Of a stretch of 64,000 nucleotides of DNA, positions 39,463 to 49,687 are shown one piece after another. The notes under the pieces are model-generated. The model did no database searches. It was not told where the DNA came from and was given only the letters and a program-made list of their open reading frames with translations. The DNA is from a virus. Its lineage: Duplodnaviria; Caudoviricetes. Each line of letters opens with the position of its first letter. The first letter of the stretch is position 1. The stretch is from positions 4,055-68,054 of IMG/VR virus record IMGVR_UViG_3300026505_000002; one strand, 5' to 3'. A program made the position numbers and the translations under genes.

Positions 39463-42400
39463 TGAGTCCAAACGAACAACGATTAAGATCTTTATACAAT
39501 AAAGCTGTTCAGCATTTTAGCTTACCAGACTTTGAAAAATTTGTACAAGACATACAGAATCCTGACGTATTAGAAAAGGTTAGAGAAGGTTTATCTGAGT
39601 ATTATAATGTTCCATCTTCAGAGCAAATGATGGAAGATTTATTTAACATAGTACCTGGAAAAGAAGATCGTATTAATTCAGCCGTTGCTGACAAACTGCC
39701 AGAGCCAGATATGGATTTAGCTAAGACAATGTTTGAAGCTATAGATAACAAAGACGAGGAAAGCGGCTTCTTACCACCTGAGGAAATATCAATGGTTGCT
39801 GACCAAGTTGTACAACCTGTTTATAATATAAACGCAATACAGCAAGATTTAGAAAATCCTTTAGTAGCTGCAGAAATAAAACATGAACAAGATAAGTATG
39901 ACAAGTTAAGTCCAGTAGATCAGTTTGAGTTTAGAGAACCAGAAACAGCTGCCAAATTAAAACCTTTAGTAGAAGAGTATAGACAAACGTTATCTAATAT
40001 AAACGAGTCTGACGAAGAATATAAGAAAACTTTGCTTGCTAACTTTATAGAAGAAGATTTAAGTGAACCTACTTCAGAGGGAGAAAAATTAAATTTAGAA
40101 ACGGTAAATTTGCCAGATGCTCCAACACCAATGGAGAGACTTGATCGGCTTGTGGGTACTAATGCTGTAGACAGGTTATTTATAGATGATGAAAAGCCTG
40201 CTTGGATGTCTGATCAAGTTTATCAAGAAGTAAAACACTACAAAGAAACTGGAGAAATAAGCGATAGTGTAATAGATAAAGCATCTGATCAATTAAAAAC
40301 TCAAACACTAAACAAAGTTAAGTCAGACAAACTTAATGCGTTCTACCATGCTAATAAAGATTTAACTCAAACAGATAGAAATAAATTAACAGCTTTACTT
40401 GCTGATCAAGTTGAGGGAGGTTTAGACTTTAAGAGTGTTATGGACTTGTCTAATAATCCTAGCTTAATGGATTTACAAGCTAAAAATATACAACTTAGAT
40501 CTAGTGAGATTTCTAAAAAAATGAAGTCTATACAAGAGCAACAAGATGAGTTAGATAATAATGAACAATTTTTAGAGTTAAATAGCCAAGCAGAAGAAAT
40601 ACAAAAGCAGCTAGATGTAATGGACAAAAATGGAATTAGCAATGATTCTCCTGAGTCTATTAAGAAAGAGTATAATGGTTTGTTAGCATCTTACAATGGT
40701 GTTATTGATGAGTACAAATCTAGTGGTTTATTAGATAAAAGAGAAAAGCTAGCTGAAGATATTATAGCTTGGAATAAAGAACGTGATTCTTTATTATCAG
40801 ATTCTAATGAACTAGGAGATGTATCTTTAAGCTTGGAACTTGCCACTAAAAACTTTTCTTCTTTAGATAAAGCTATTTTAGCTATGGAACAGTCATTTCT
40901 AGGCGCTACAGCATCTACAGTTGGAACTACATTAGGAATGGTAGGTGAGGTTATAGACGAAACGATAGGTGAAAAAGACGCCAATGCTTTATCTAGTTTT
41001 TTAAATAAAGTAGAAGGTGTAGCTTTAGATTATAATGAAAGCTTACAACAAGAGATGGCGGTAGCAATGGCACCTAAACCCTCAATGAGTGATGCTTGGG
41101 ATGCTGGAGCTTTAAGCGGTTATATTAGCCAAAGCTTTGCAGAAGGTACGCCTAGTATTGCTACAGTGCTTATGACTAGATTTGGAGGTAAAATGTCAAG
41201 TCCTAGTAAAAAAGCTATTAACAAAGCTTCTGGTCCTGAAAGATTTAAGCTACAAGCTAAAGCTAACGTGGCTCAAGCTAGAGCTAGTAAAATTGCTCAA
41301 GGTATATTTTTTAATATGAGTTATGGACTAAAAGGTTCAGAAATAAATATAGCCCAACGTAACGCGCCTAAAGCTATAATGGAGTTAGAAAAAAAGCTAG
41401 ACTCTGGCTTGTTAAGTCCTTTTGAAATAGCTGAAACTAAAAATCAAATAGAAGAACTTAATAGAGTTAAAGACCTTAATGTACTTCAAAAAGCAGGATC
41501 TCAATTAATTTCTGGCAGTGTAGATATGTACAGTGAACGTTTAGGTACATTAAGCTATATGAAGAACTTAAACAGAATAGCAGCGCCTGTAGGATCTACA
41601 ATGTTTAAAAAAGCTATGTATCAAGGGTTAAACCTAGGTATAAACGTAGGTACTGAAATAGTAGAAGAAACAGCGGCTCAAATAGGTAACAATCTTTCAG
41701 ACATATACATACTAGGTGAAAACAAATCTATACTAGACGGCATAGATGCTGAGTTTGCTTTTAATGTTGGTTTAACTAGTTTAGCTATACAAGGCCCTAG
41801 TATTGGTAGTAATTTATATGCCATGCTAGGAGACAATGTTAAAACTAAAAGGGATTACGAATTTGACAAGTCTAACTTTGATAGATTAATAGAAATAGAA
41901 AACTCTTTGAATGATGGCACTAAAAGATCTAAAAAAGAAAAACAAATATTAAAAGCTGAACAAGACTTAATATTAGAACAAGCTGCTTTTAGAAATATAG
42001 AAAACGTAGAAAAGCTAAGCGCTTTGAGTGAGGCACAACAAATAGAATTATTTGATTTAATAAGCCAAAGAAAAAAATATATAAGCAATTTAAGAGAGCT
42101 TGGTGACAGAGCTGGTCAAGCAGATCCTGGAAGTAAAGCTATAAAAAAACAAAAACAACAATTTGTTAATGAGTATAAATCTGTAGATACACAAATAGAA
42201 AAGCTTTTAAACACTAGAAGAACAAAAGCTGCTGAAGATCAAAAAAATGCTACTGATCCTGCCATGGCGGCTTACCATCAAGGATTGTTTGAATTTTACA
42301 ATAATACAGTAGGTGTATCACAAGAATTAAACGGTAAGAAGTATACAGAAGTTGATAGTCAAACAACAGTTGAAGAATTAAGAGAACTTTATGGAGACAG

Positions 42401-45400
42401 AGCAGAACAGTTAATAGAAGCTAGAAATAATAATCAAAACGCTACGTTTATAGGAGAAGATATAATAATATTTAGAGATAATATTGCTAGAAACATAGGT
42501 CAAACTGCAGATAAATATGTAGCTTTACTATCCGCTGTTGCTCCTATACATGAGTTACAACATATACAAAATAGAAAAGCTGGTATAGTTAAAGATGGCG
42601 TTGTTGTTGAATCTACTCAATTAGCACTAGAGCAAGCGGAAAAACAGTTAGAAATAAATAAAGAAACAGGAAAAATATCTCAAGAAGATTATAATAATTT
42701 TTTAAATAGAAAGCAAGCTTATACTTCTAGCATAAGAGAATTGCAAACTCAACTAAGCAATGGGGAAATAACTAAAGAACAATACGATGATCTTGTTAAA
42801 AACAAAGGTGTAGATGTTGAAGAAGTACTAAACCTGTTTGGAGATATGGTTGCTGCTGGTGTTTTAAGTAAATATGATTTTAATAAAATATCAGGTTTAA
42901 AATACATGCTTAAAAGCTTAGCTAACAAGTTTAATCCTAAGACTGGCTTTTTAATTCCATTAAAAACTGGAGATGATGTTTTTAATTATATAAAAAGTTT
43001 TCAAAGATCTGTAAAAGATTTTAATTTACAAGCCGGTCCACCAGAAGATGAGACTGATGGTAAGCTTTCTAAAGGACCTAGTGAAGAAGTTCAAAGATTA
43101 TACGATGAACAAGGCGAAGCTGCAGCATTTGATATTATAGAACAGTTCAAGCCTATTACAAATAAAATAGTACAACGTAGAAGTGAAGCTCCTGGTTTTG
43201 ATAGGCAATTACTTACTGATGAAATAGAAACTGGTGAACGTGGTATATTAGATTTAATAAGAGCTTATGATCCTGAATCAGGTGTACCTTTAGCAGCTTA
43301 CATAAATAAGTTTTTACCCTCAAGAGCTATTGAAGCATCAAAAAGAGTTTTAGGTGAAGAGTTTACTGATGATATTACAGAGCAAGTTGGTTTAGCTGCT
43401 ATCGAAGAAAGTGACAGTGAAGTTTTAGAAAAACCAAAAAGAAAAATCAAACTTAAGAAAAGATTAACTGGTGATATTGTTGAAACTACAGATAAGATTA
43501 AGCAAGAAATTAAAAATCTACCTATAGAACAATTAAGTTTTAAAACTTTAAAAGACGTAGCCTTAGAAGAAGTACAAAAATTATTTGGCATTAAACCTAA
43601 ACCTGGAAACTTAACTAAGCAAGATGTTGCTAATGCTCAACAGTATATTAATAAAAATGCTCAAGCTTTAATAACAATGCTGCCTGAAGGAGCAACGCCA
43701 AGCGGTACTTCTACTGGAGTTCAAAAGGTTTTATTAGATAATTTTTATAACAAGACTGAAAGAGCTAAGATGTCTAAAACTGGTAGTAAAGCTGGTTTAG
43801 CTATATACGAAAAAAGAACAGACATAACCCCTGCTGAGTTTAAAGAAGTATTTGGTATAACACCGCCAGGCCAACCTAACTTGTCAGATAGAAATACAAG
43901 TGCTAGAATAAAATCTATAGTAGCTCAAACAGAGCGTATGCTTACAAATCAAGAAGTAAGAGAAGAGTTAGAAAAACAAGGTAGAAACATACCTCAAGCT
44001 TTAACAGAAGGCAAATCACAATTAATGTTTTCTCAAGGCCCTAAGTTAAGTAAAGCTCAAATAAAAATATTAGATAAAGCTAGAAAAAGTTTTGAATCTA
44101 ATATGGATTATGGCCCTGACATTACTAGTAAGTCGTATTGGAATGCTATTATTAAATACTATGGTTACGAGCCTATTAATTTAAACACTTTAAAAGGTAA
44201 GCAGAAGTTAGAAGCAATTATATTTGAAGGTATAGACGGTAATGAACCATTAATAAGATTTTTACCTAAAAGTTTTATAACAGACAATAGAGGCACTTGG
44301 TCTAATGGTGGTATGTATGAAACCATTAAAGATGAAAACGGAAGGCCTATACTACTTGAGGAAAGTGAAAGAAAGTTTTTAAGTGAAAATGGTTTTAGAG
44401 TAAAAGCAAACGAGCCAATAAAAAGATTTAAATTAAGAAATGGTGAAACTGTATTGAATACAGATAAAGAATTTGTTACTGATGAAATACAATTACAAAT
44501 TATGCCTGGTATGGGAGGTATGGGTAATAATCGTTTTATATTTGCTAACGGTCTACAGATAGACGAAGCTATAAGAAGAGCTGAAGAGCTAGCGCAAGAA
44601 GAAGGAGTACCTGCATTTGCACCTGAAAATACTAATATAAATTTAGCAATTAAAAGAACGGGTTATAGCAAGCTATTTAGAAATGGTTTTACAAAAGAGT
44701 TCAATGCTGATCAGCAAGGCAAAAGAAAAGGATTAAAAGATATTTTTAATGTATTTGATGAAAGAATACAAGCTGATCCTAAAACTTATATTCCTGCTGT
44801 AGCTGCAATATTATCAGCAACTAGTCAAGGCCAAGGTCATTTTATGAGGAAAGGTTCTATAGTAGAATTTTTAAACGACTTAGGTTTTAAAAATGTAGAA
44901 GAACATACCCAGCCAGCTTCTTTTCTAGCTAAGTTTTTGTTTGATAGAATGGTACAAAACAACTACGACCTGTATGTAGATAATGCTTTAAAAACATTTT
45001 TTCAAGGACCTTTGCCAGAGCTTAATGATAACATGTTGAAAGGTGAAGGATTCAACTACACGGAAGCTGTAGATAAAAAATACAGGCTAGACGTGCTTAA
45101 AGGTAAAATACCTATATGGATAAGATACTTTAACCCGTTTGTTAACAAACAAAAAATTACATTAAAAATAAATGGTAAAAACGTCACATTTACAGGTGTT
45201 GATCCTAATAGATTATTTTTGTCTAATGGTAATAGTATTTCTAAGGAGTATGATTTAGATGTAGATAATGATCTACTAACTCCATCCGTGGTTGCTAAAC
45301 AGCAAGATTTGCTTTTTAAAATATTCACAGGAGAACTAACACAACAAGCTGCTAAACAAAGACTAAATAAATTTTTGAATACTGCTCCAGGTTTGAAAGC

Positions 45401-48400
45401 TAGCAAAGGAGTTAACATTAATAATCTTAAAACTACTGGTGTATTAAGTGTTGATGATAATATGACATCTGAAACTATATTAGAAAAAGCCTCTACTATA
45501 GACGTTGCATTACAATTAGCTAATAAGCTAGATCAACCAATTAAGAAAATTAGAGTATTTGACTTTGATGATACTATTGCTGAAAGTAATAGTTTAGTTT
45601 TTTACACAAAAGAAGACGGAACTATAGGAGAGTTAACAGCTGAACAATTCGCAAGTGATGGTGCTCAGCTAGTTGAGCAAGGCGCTGTTATGGACTTTTC
45701 AGACTTTGACATAGTTAGAGATGGTAGACGTGGTCCATTGTTTGATATAGCTAAGAAAATAAAAGATGCTAGAGGTAATGAAGATTTATTCATCTTAACA
45801 GCTAGATCGCCTTTATCTCAAGATGCTATATATGAATTTTTAAAATCTGAAGGTTTAGAATTTAAAAAAGAAAATATAATTGGTTTAGGTAATTCAACTG
45901 GCGAGGCGAAAGCAGAATGGCTTGTTGGTAAGGCTGCTGAAGGTTATAATGACTTTTATTTTGCAGATGATGCAGCACAGAATGTTGATGCTGTTAAAAA
46001 AGCTATGAATTTACTAGATGTCAAATCTAAAGTGCAGCTAGTCAAGCAGAATTCGCTTAAGTTTTCTAGAGGTATAAATAATCTACAATGGGAAACAGAT
46101 GCTGCCGACAACATGAAAACAACTTTCAACATAGACAATAAAGAATATAATTTTAATTTATACTCTAGAGATGATTATGGATCTTACGATGTAGAGTTTG
46201 ATCTTGATGGCAAACAGAATCTTACTAACACAGGAGATGCTGTTAAAGTAATAAGAACTGTTTATAACGGCTTATTAGACGCAGTTAATCAAAACACTAA
46301 AATAAAAAAACTTGAGTTTTCTTCTCTTAAATCTGAGCAAAGTAGAGTTAAACTATATACCACATTGATGGATAAGGTTGCTAAAAAACTAGGCTGGAAA
46401 ACAGATATATGGGAAAGCAATGACTTTATAACACCAGAACAAAGTAGCTATGACTTTGAAATAACTAAACCTAAAAAGAAAAGATCTTCAGCTGTTAGTA
46501 AAGTTTTAAAAGTTGTTGACATTAAGTCTCAAGATCAACAAGCTAAGTTAAAGTTTTCACAAGGGTTAGATCAAGAGTTTGATCAGCTAATAACTATGAA
46601 GAAAGATCCTATGTTTAAGAAGGAAATATCTAAAGAAAAAGGTAGACTTCTTGGTAAAGACAAAGATAGCTTTAAATTCTTTATTCCTTATTCAGCTGAA
46701 GATTTAGTAGGTTTAATATATCCTACTCTAGCTAAAGGTCCATTAGGTAATTTACAAATGTCTTGGTATAAAAAACATTTATTAGATCCTTTAGCAAAAG
46801 CTGATGGAAATTTAAGAGCTGATAGACTACAGTTGATAAATGATTTTAAGAAACTTAAAAAAGATTTAAACATACCTAAAGATTTAAATAAATCTACTAG
46901 TATTGGAGGATTTACAAAAGAGCAAGCCATAAGAGTTTACTTGTGGTATAAAAATGGTATAACTAATATACCTGGAGTAAATGCAGAAGACTTAAAAGAA
47001 ATGACTGAGATTATTGAAAATGATCCTCAATTAATAGAATTTGCAGAAGAGCTTTTAAAAATAACTAAAGGAGATGGCTGGTCAGAGCCTGCTAGCGGTT
47101 GGACTGCTGGAACATTAAGCACAGACATACAACAGCTTCTCAATACTACTAAAAGATATAAGTATTACGAAGATTTTAATCAAAGAATAGATAAGATATA
47201 TAGTGAAGCTAATTTAAATAAGCTAGAAGCTATGTATGGAAGAAAATATAGAGATGCGCTAGAGAATATGATTAAGCGTATTAAGACTGGTAAGAACAGA
47301 TCATCAGAAGGAACTAGACTTAGCAATAGGATATTAGACTATATTAATGGATCTAATGCTGCTATAATGTTCTTAAACACTAGATCTGCAGTGCTTCAAA
47401 CTATATCTGCCATAAACTATGTTAATTGGAATTTTAATAATCCTTTAAAAGCTGGTGCTGCATTTGCTAATCAACCTCAGTATTGGAAAGACTTTATGAC
47501 ATTGATGAATTCTGACTATTTAAAAGACAGAAGACAAGGTTTAAGAATAAATGTAACTGAATCTGAAATAGCTGACGCTGCAAAGACTGCAAAAAATAAA
47601 GCTAAAGGAGCAATAGCTTACATAATGGAAAAAGGTTATGCACCTACTCAGTTTGCTGATAGTTTCGCTATAGCTGCTGGTGGTGCTACTTATTATCGTA
47701 ATAGAATAAACGATCTAATGGAAAACAGTGGGCTTGATGAAAAGCAAGCTACTGAACAAGCGTTAAGAGAGTGGAAAGAAATATCAGAAGAATCACAACA
47801 GTCAAGTAGGCCTGATAAAATATCCCAACAACAGTCAAGCGACTATGGTCGTTTAATATTAATGTTTGCTAACACACCAATGCAGTATGCTAGAATACAA
47901 AAAAGATCTATACAAGATTTAATAGCTGGTAGAGGAGACTGGAAAACTAACGTAAGTAAAATAGCTTATTATGGCTTTGTTCAAAACTTAATATTCAACT
48001 CTCTTCAAAACGCCTTGTTTGCTATTGGAGCTGGTGATGGAGATGATGATGAAGATGACAAGAAAGTATATAGAACTATTAATGGTATGTCTGACTCAAT
48101 GCTAAGAGGTTTAGGTATAGGTGGTGCATCTGCTTCTGTTGTTAAGAATTTATTATTAGACATATATGAAAGATCTAAAAGATCTAGACCAGAGTATGTT
48201 GACGCTACTTGGAAGTTGCTTCAGTTTTCTCCACCTATAAGTAGTAAAATATCTAAGATTAGAGGAGCTGCTTATCAGTTTGATAGTAAAAAGCGTAGAC
48301 AAGAAATGATTGATAAAGGTTTTGCTATTGATAATCCAGCTTATTTAGCAGGTGCTAAAGTAGTTTCAGCAACAACAAACATACCTCTTGATAGAGCTTT

Positions 48401-48587
48401 ATTAAAGTATGATAATTTTACTGGAGCTTTTGAAGAAGAAAAAGAGTGGTGGGAAAGTGTAGCGATGATATTAGGATGGCCAGAGTGGCAATTAAAATCT
48501 GAAAAGAAACAAAGCTCTAGAAGCAGAAGTAGTAGAACTAAGTCTTCTAGATCTAGTAGTAATAGAAATAAAAGTAAAAGAAGATGA
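39462..48587 (+). CDS. giant multidomain virion/ejection (polyvalent) protein with HExxH, sigma-70 region-2-like and HAD phosphatase domains
   Basis: IHELQH (aa ~1030); GILDLIRAYDPESGVPLAAYINKFL (aa ~1250-1285); VFDFDDT / ILTARS / FYFADD (aa ~2030-2170). Confidence 0.7.
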   Translation: MSPNEQRLRSLYNKAVQHFSLPDFEKFVQDIQNPDVLEKVREGLSEYYNVPSSEQMMEDLFNIVPGKEDRINSAVADKLPEPDMDLAKTMFEAIDNKDEESGFLPPEEISMVADQVVQPVYNINAIQQDLENPLVAAEIKHEQDKYDKLSPVDQFEFREPETAAKLKPLVEEYRQTLSNINESDEEYKKTLLANFIEEDLSEPTSEGEKLNLETVNLPDAPTPMERLDRLVGTNAVDRLFIDDEKPAWMSDQVYQEVKHYKETGEISDSVIDKASDQLKTQTLNKVKSDKLNAFYHANKDLTQTDRNKLTALLADQVEGGLDFKSVMDLSNNPSLMDLQAKNIQLRSSEISKKMKSIQEQQDELDNNEQFLELNSQAEEIQKQLDVMDKNGISNDSPESIKKEYNGLLASYNGVIDEYKSSGLLDKREKLAEDIIAWNKERDSLLSDSNELGDVSLSLELATKNFSSLDKAILAMEQSFLGATASTVGTTLGMVGEVIDETIGEKDANALSSFLNKVEGVALDYNESLQQEMAVAMAPKPSMSDAWDAGALSGYISQSFAEGTPSIATVLMTRFGGKMSSPSKKAINKASGPERFKLQAKANVAQARASKIAQGIFFNMSYGLKGSEINIAQRNAPKAIMELEKKLDSGLLSPFEIAETKNQIEELNRVKDLNVLQKAGSQLISGSVDMYSERLGTLSYMKNLNRIAAPVGSTMFKKAMYQGLNLGINVGTEIVEETAAQIGNNLSDIYILGENKSILDGIDAEFAFNVGLTSLAIQGPSIGSNLYAMLGDNVKTKRDYEFDKSNFDRLIEIENSLNDGTKRSKKEKQILKAEQDLILEQAAFRNIENVEKLSALSEAQQIELFDLISQRKKYISNLRELGDRAGQADPGSKAIKKQKQQFVNEYKSVDTQIEKLLNTRRTKAAEDQKNATDPAMAAYHQGLFEFYNNTVGVSQELNGKKYTEVDSQTTVEELRELYGDRAEQLIEARNNNQNATFIGEDIIIFRDNIARNIGQTADKYVALLSAVAPIHELQHIQNRKAGIVKDGVVVESTQLALEQAEKQLEINKETGKISQEDYNNFLNRKQAYTSSIRELQTQLSNGEITKEQYDDLVKNKGVDVEEVLNLFGDMVAAGVLSKYDFNKISGLKYMLKSLANKFNPKTGFLIPLKTGDDVFNYIKSFQRSVKDFNLQAGPPEDETDGKLSKGPSEEVQRLYDEQGEAAAFDIIEQFKPITNKIVQRRSEAPGFDRQLLTDEIETGERGILDLIRAYDPESGVPLAAYINKFLPSRAIEASKRVLGEEFTDDITEQVGLAAIEESDSEVLEKPKRKIKLKKRLTGDIVETTDKIKQEIKNLPIEQLSFKTLKDVALEEVQKLFGIKPKPGNLTKQDVANAQQYINKNAQALITMLPEGATPSGTSTGVQKVLLDNFYNKTERAKMSKTGSKAGLAIYEKRTDITPAEFKEVFGITPPGQPNLSDRNTSARIKSIVAQTERMLTNQEVREELEKQGRNIPQALTEGKSQLMFSQGPKLSKAQIKILDKARKSFESNMDYGPDITSKSYWNAIIKYYGYEPINLNTLKGKQKLEAIIFEGIDGNEPLIRFLPKSFITDNRGTWSNGGMYETIKDENGRPILLEESERKFLSENGFRVKANEPIKRFKLRNGETVLNTDKEFVTDEIQLQIMPGMGGMGNNRFIFANGLQIDEAIRRAEELAQEEGVPAFAPENTNINLAIKRTGYSKLFRNGFTKEFNADQQGKRKGLKDIFNVFDERIQADPKTYIPAVAAILSATSQGQGHFMRKGSIVEFLNDLGFKNVEEHTQPASFLAKFLFDRMVQNNYDLYVDNALKTFFQGPLPELNDNMLKGEGFNYTEAVDKKYRLDVLKGKIPIWIRYFNPFVNKQKITLKINGKNVTFTGVDPNRLFLSNGNSISKEYDLDVDNDLLTPSVVAKQQDLLFKIFTGELTQQAAKQRLNKFLNTAPGLKASKGVNINNLKTTGVLSVDDNMTSETILEKASTIDVALQLANKLDQPIKKIRVFDFDDTIAESNSLVFYTKEDGTIGELTAEQFASDGAQLVEQGAVMDFSDFDIVRDGRRGPLFDIAKKIKDARGNEDLFILTARSPLSQDAIYEFLKSEGLEFKKENIIGLGNSTGEAKAEWLVGKAAEGYNDFYFADDAAQNVDAVKKAMNLLDVKSKVQLVKQNSLKFSRGINNLQWETDAADNMKTTFNIDNKEYNFNLYSRDDYGSYDVEFDLDGKQNLTNTGDAVKVIRTVYNGLLDAVNQNTKIKKLEFSSLKSEQSRVKLYTTLMDKVAKKLGWKTDIWESNDFITPEQSSYDFEITKPKKKRSSAVSKVLKVVDIKSQDQQAKLKFSQGLDQEFDQLITMKKDPMFKKEISKEKGRLLGKDKDSFKFFIPYSAEDLVGLIYPTLAKGPLGNLQMSWYKKHLLDPLAKADGNLRADRLQLINDFKKLKKDLNIPKDLNKSTSIGGFTKEQAIRVYLWYKNGITNIPGVNAEDLKEMTEIIENDPQLIEFAEELLKITKGDGWSEPASGWTAGTLSTDIQQLLNTTKRYKYYEDFNQRIDKIYSEANLNKLEAMYGRKYRDALENMIKRIKTGKNRSSEGTRLSNRILDYINGSNAAIMFLNTRSAVLQTISAINYVNWNFNNPLKAGAAFANQPQYWKDFMTLMNSDYLKDRRQGLRINVTESEIADAAKTAKNKAKGAIAYIMEKGYAPTQFADSFAIAAGGATYYRNRINDLMENSGLDEKQATEQALREWKEISEESQQSSRPDKISQQQSSDYGRLILMFANTPMQYARIQKRSIQDLIAGRGDWKTNVSKIAYYGFVQNLIFNSLQNALFAIGAGDGDDDEDDKKVYRTINGMSDSMLRGLGIGGASASVVKNLLLDIYERSKRSRPEYVDATWKLLQFSPPISSKISKIRGAAYQFDSKKRRQEMIDKGFAIDNPAYLAGAKVVSATTNIPLDRALLKYDNFTGAFEEEKEWWESVAMILGWPEWQLKSEKKQSSRSRSSRTKSSRSSSNRNKSKRR

Positions 48588-48742
48588 GAAAATGTAAAAC
48601 ACCTTTCAATAAGTACGAGTCACCTGTAGCTTTAAAAGATGCTTGTTATAAAAAAGCAAAAGCTAAGTACGATGTATTTCCGTCTGCTTATGCTAGCGGT
48701 TATATAGCTAAGTGTAGAAAACGTGGTGGAAATATAAAATAA
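48584..48742 (+). CDS. 52-aa basic Cys protein (DACYKKAKAKYDVFPSAYASGYIAKCRK)
   Basis: hand translation; ATGA overlap with the giant gene; PSAYAS motif seen in marine phage small proteins. Confidence 0.7.
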   Translation: MRKCKTPFNKYESPVALKDACYKKAKAKYDVFPSAYASGYIAKCRKRGGNIK

Positions 48743-48743
48743 T

Positions 48744-49271
48744 ATGGCTAAGTTAAAAGACTTTGACTATAGTAAGTACAAAAAAATAAAGCCACCTAAA
48801 GATAATTCTTTAGAGACTTTTAAAGAAATAAAAGATATTGATAAGCTAAGATCAGATGAATCTTTTGTTAAAGATAACGACAACTTAATCAAAGCTTATA
48901 AGCCTATTGTTGGCGAAGACAAGCAGGTTAAAAATTTAGTAGACGAATCTCAGCCTATAATACTAAAGTTGAAAAAATATTTTAATAGACCAAGGCCTAA
49001 AGAGTTAGCTAAAAACTTTGGTGTTAAGTTAAAAGATATAGAGCTAGACTCTATGAAGACTCCTTCATATCCTTCTGGTCATTCAACTCAAGGTTATTTA
49101 ATATCTGAAATGTTAAAAGATAAATATCCAGAAAAATCAAAAGAACTAGATCAGAAAGCTAAAGATATATCTGATAGTAGAAATATAGCTAGAGCACATT
49201 ATAAATCTGATAGTGAAATAGGTAAAAAATTAGGTTTAGATATGGCTAAACATTTAAAAGGTAACGTATGA
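48744..49271 (+). CDS. PAP2 superfamily phosphatase/haloperoxidase-like protein
   Basis: KKYFNRPRP, SYPSGHS, SRNIARAHYKSD match the three PAP2 motifs. Confidence 0.85.
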   Translation: MAKLKDFDYSKYKKIKPPKDNSLETFKEIKDIDKLRSDESFVKDNDNLIKAYKPIVGEDKQVKNLVDESQPIILKLKKYFNRPRPKELAKNFGVKLKDIELDSMKTPSYPSGHSTQGYLISEMLKDKYPEKSKELDQKAKDISDSRNIARAHYKSDSEIGKKLGLDMAKHLKGNV

Positions 49272-49609
49272 AAGCAAAGCTTAAATGGAGAGAGTTATTT
49301 GAAAATAAAAAAGACTCATCAGAAATGTACATGGCATCTTCAAGATCGCCCTTGTCTGCTGTTCGTAAAACTAAAAAAGGCTCAAACTTAAAGCGTTGGT
49401 TTAAAGAAGAGTGGAAAGATGAAAAAGGAAATGTTTGTGGGTCTGAAAAAAATAAAGATACTAAAGTGTGTAGACCATCTAAAAGAGTTAGTAAAGACTC
49501 ACCTAAGTCTTGGAACGAAATGAGTAAAGGTGAAAAACAAAAAGTTACTAAAGCTAAAAAGAAAGTTGGCATGGGCAAACGTAGAAGCTCTAGCAGCAAC
49601 GTATCATAG
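49268..49609 (+). CDS. small basic phage protein (LKRWFKEEW...CRPSKRVS)
   Basis: motif recognised from marine phage hypotheticals. Confidence 0.65.
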   Translation: MKAKLKWRELFENKKDSSEMYMASSRSPLSAVRKTKKGSNLKRWFKEEWKDEKGNVCGSEKNKDTKVCRPSKRVSKDSPKSWNEMSKGEKQKVTKAKKKVGMGKRRSSSSNVS

Positions 49610-49656
49610 GAACACGATATAACTGGGCACCATACCCAAAAGTTCCTGTAACCAAG

Positions 49657-49682
49657 AAAGGGGATCGTAATGATCCCCTTTT
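49657..49682. terminator. bidirectional intrinsic terminator between the convergent arms
   Basis: AAAGGGGATC-GTAAT-GATCCCCTTT with A and T tracts on either side. Confidence 0.85.
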
Positions 49683-49687
49683 ATTAT

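Noticed and set aside
45555-45575. DFDDT in the giant protein as a virion RNA polymerase catalytic motif (crAss-like DFDxD)
   Set aside because: Context hhhDFDDT plus downstream ILTARS, K and FADD fits HAD motifs I-IV; there is no DxDGD/DFDID-type RNAP context
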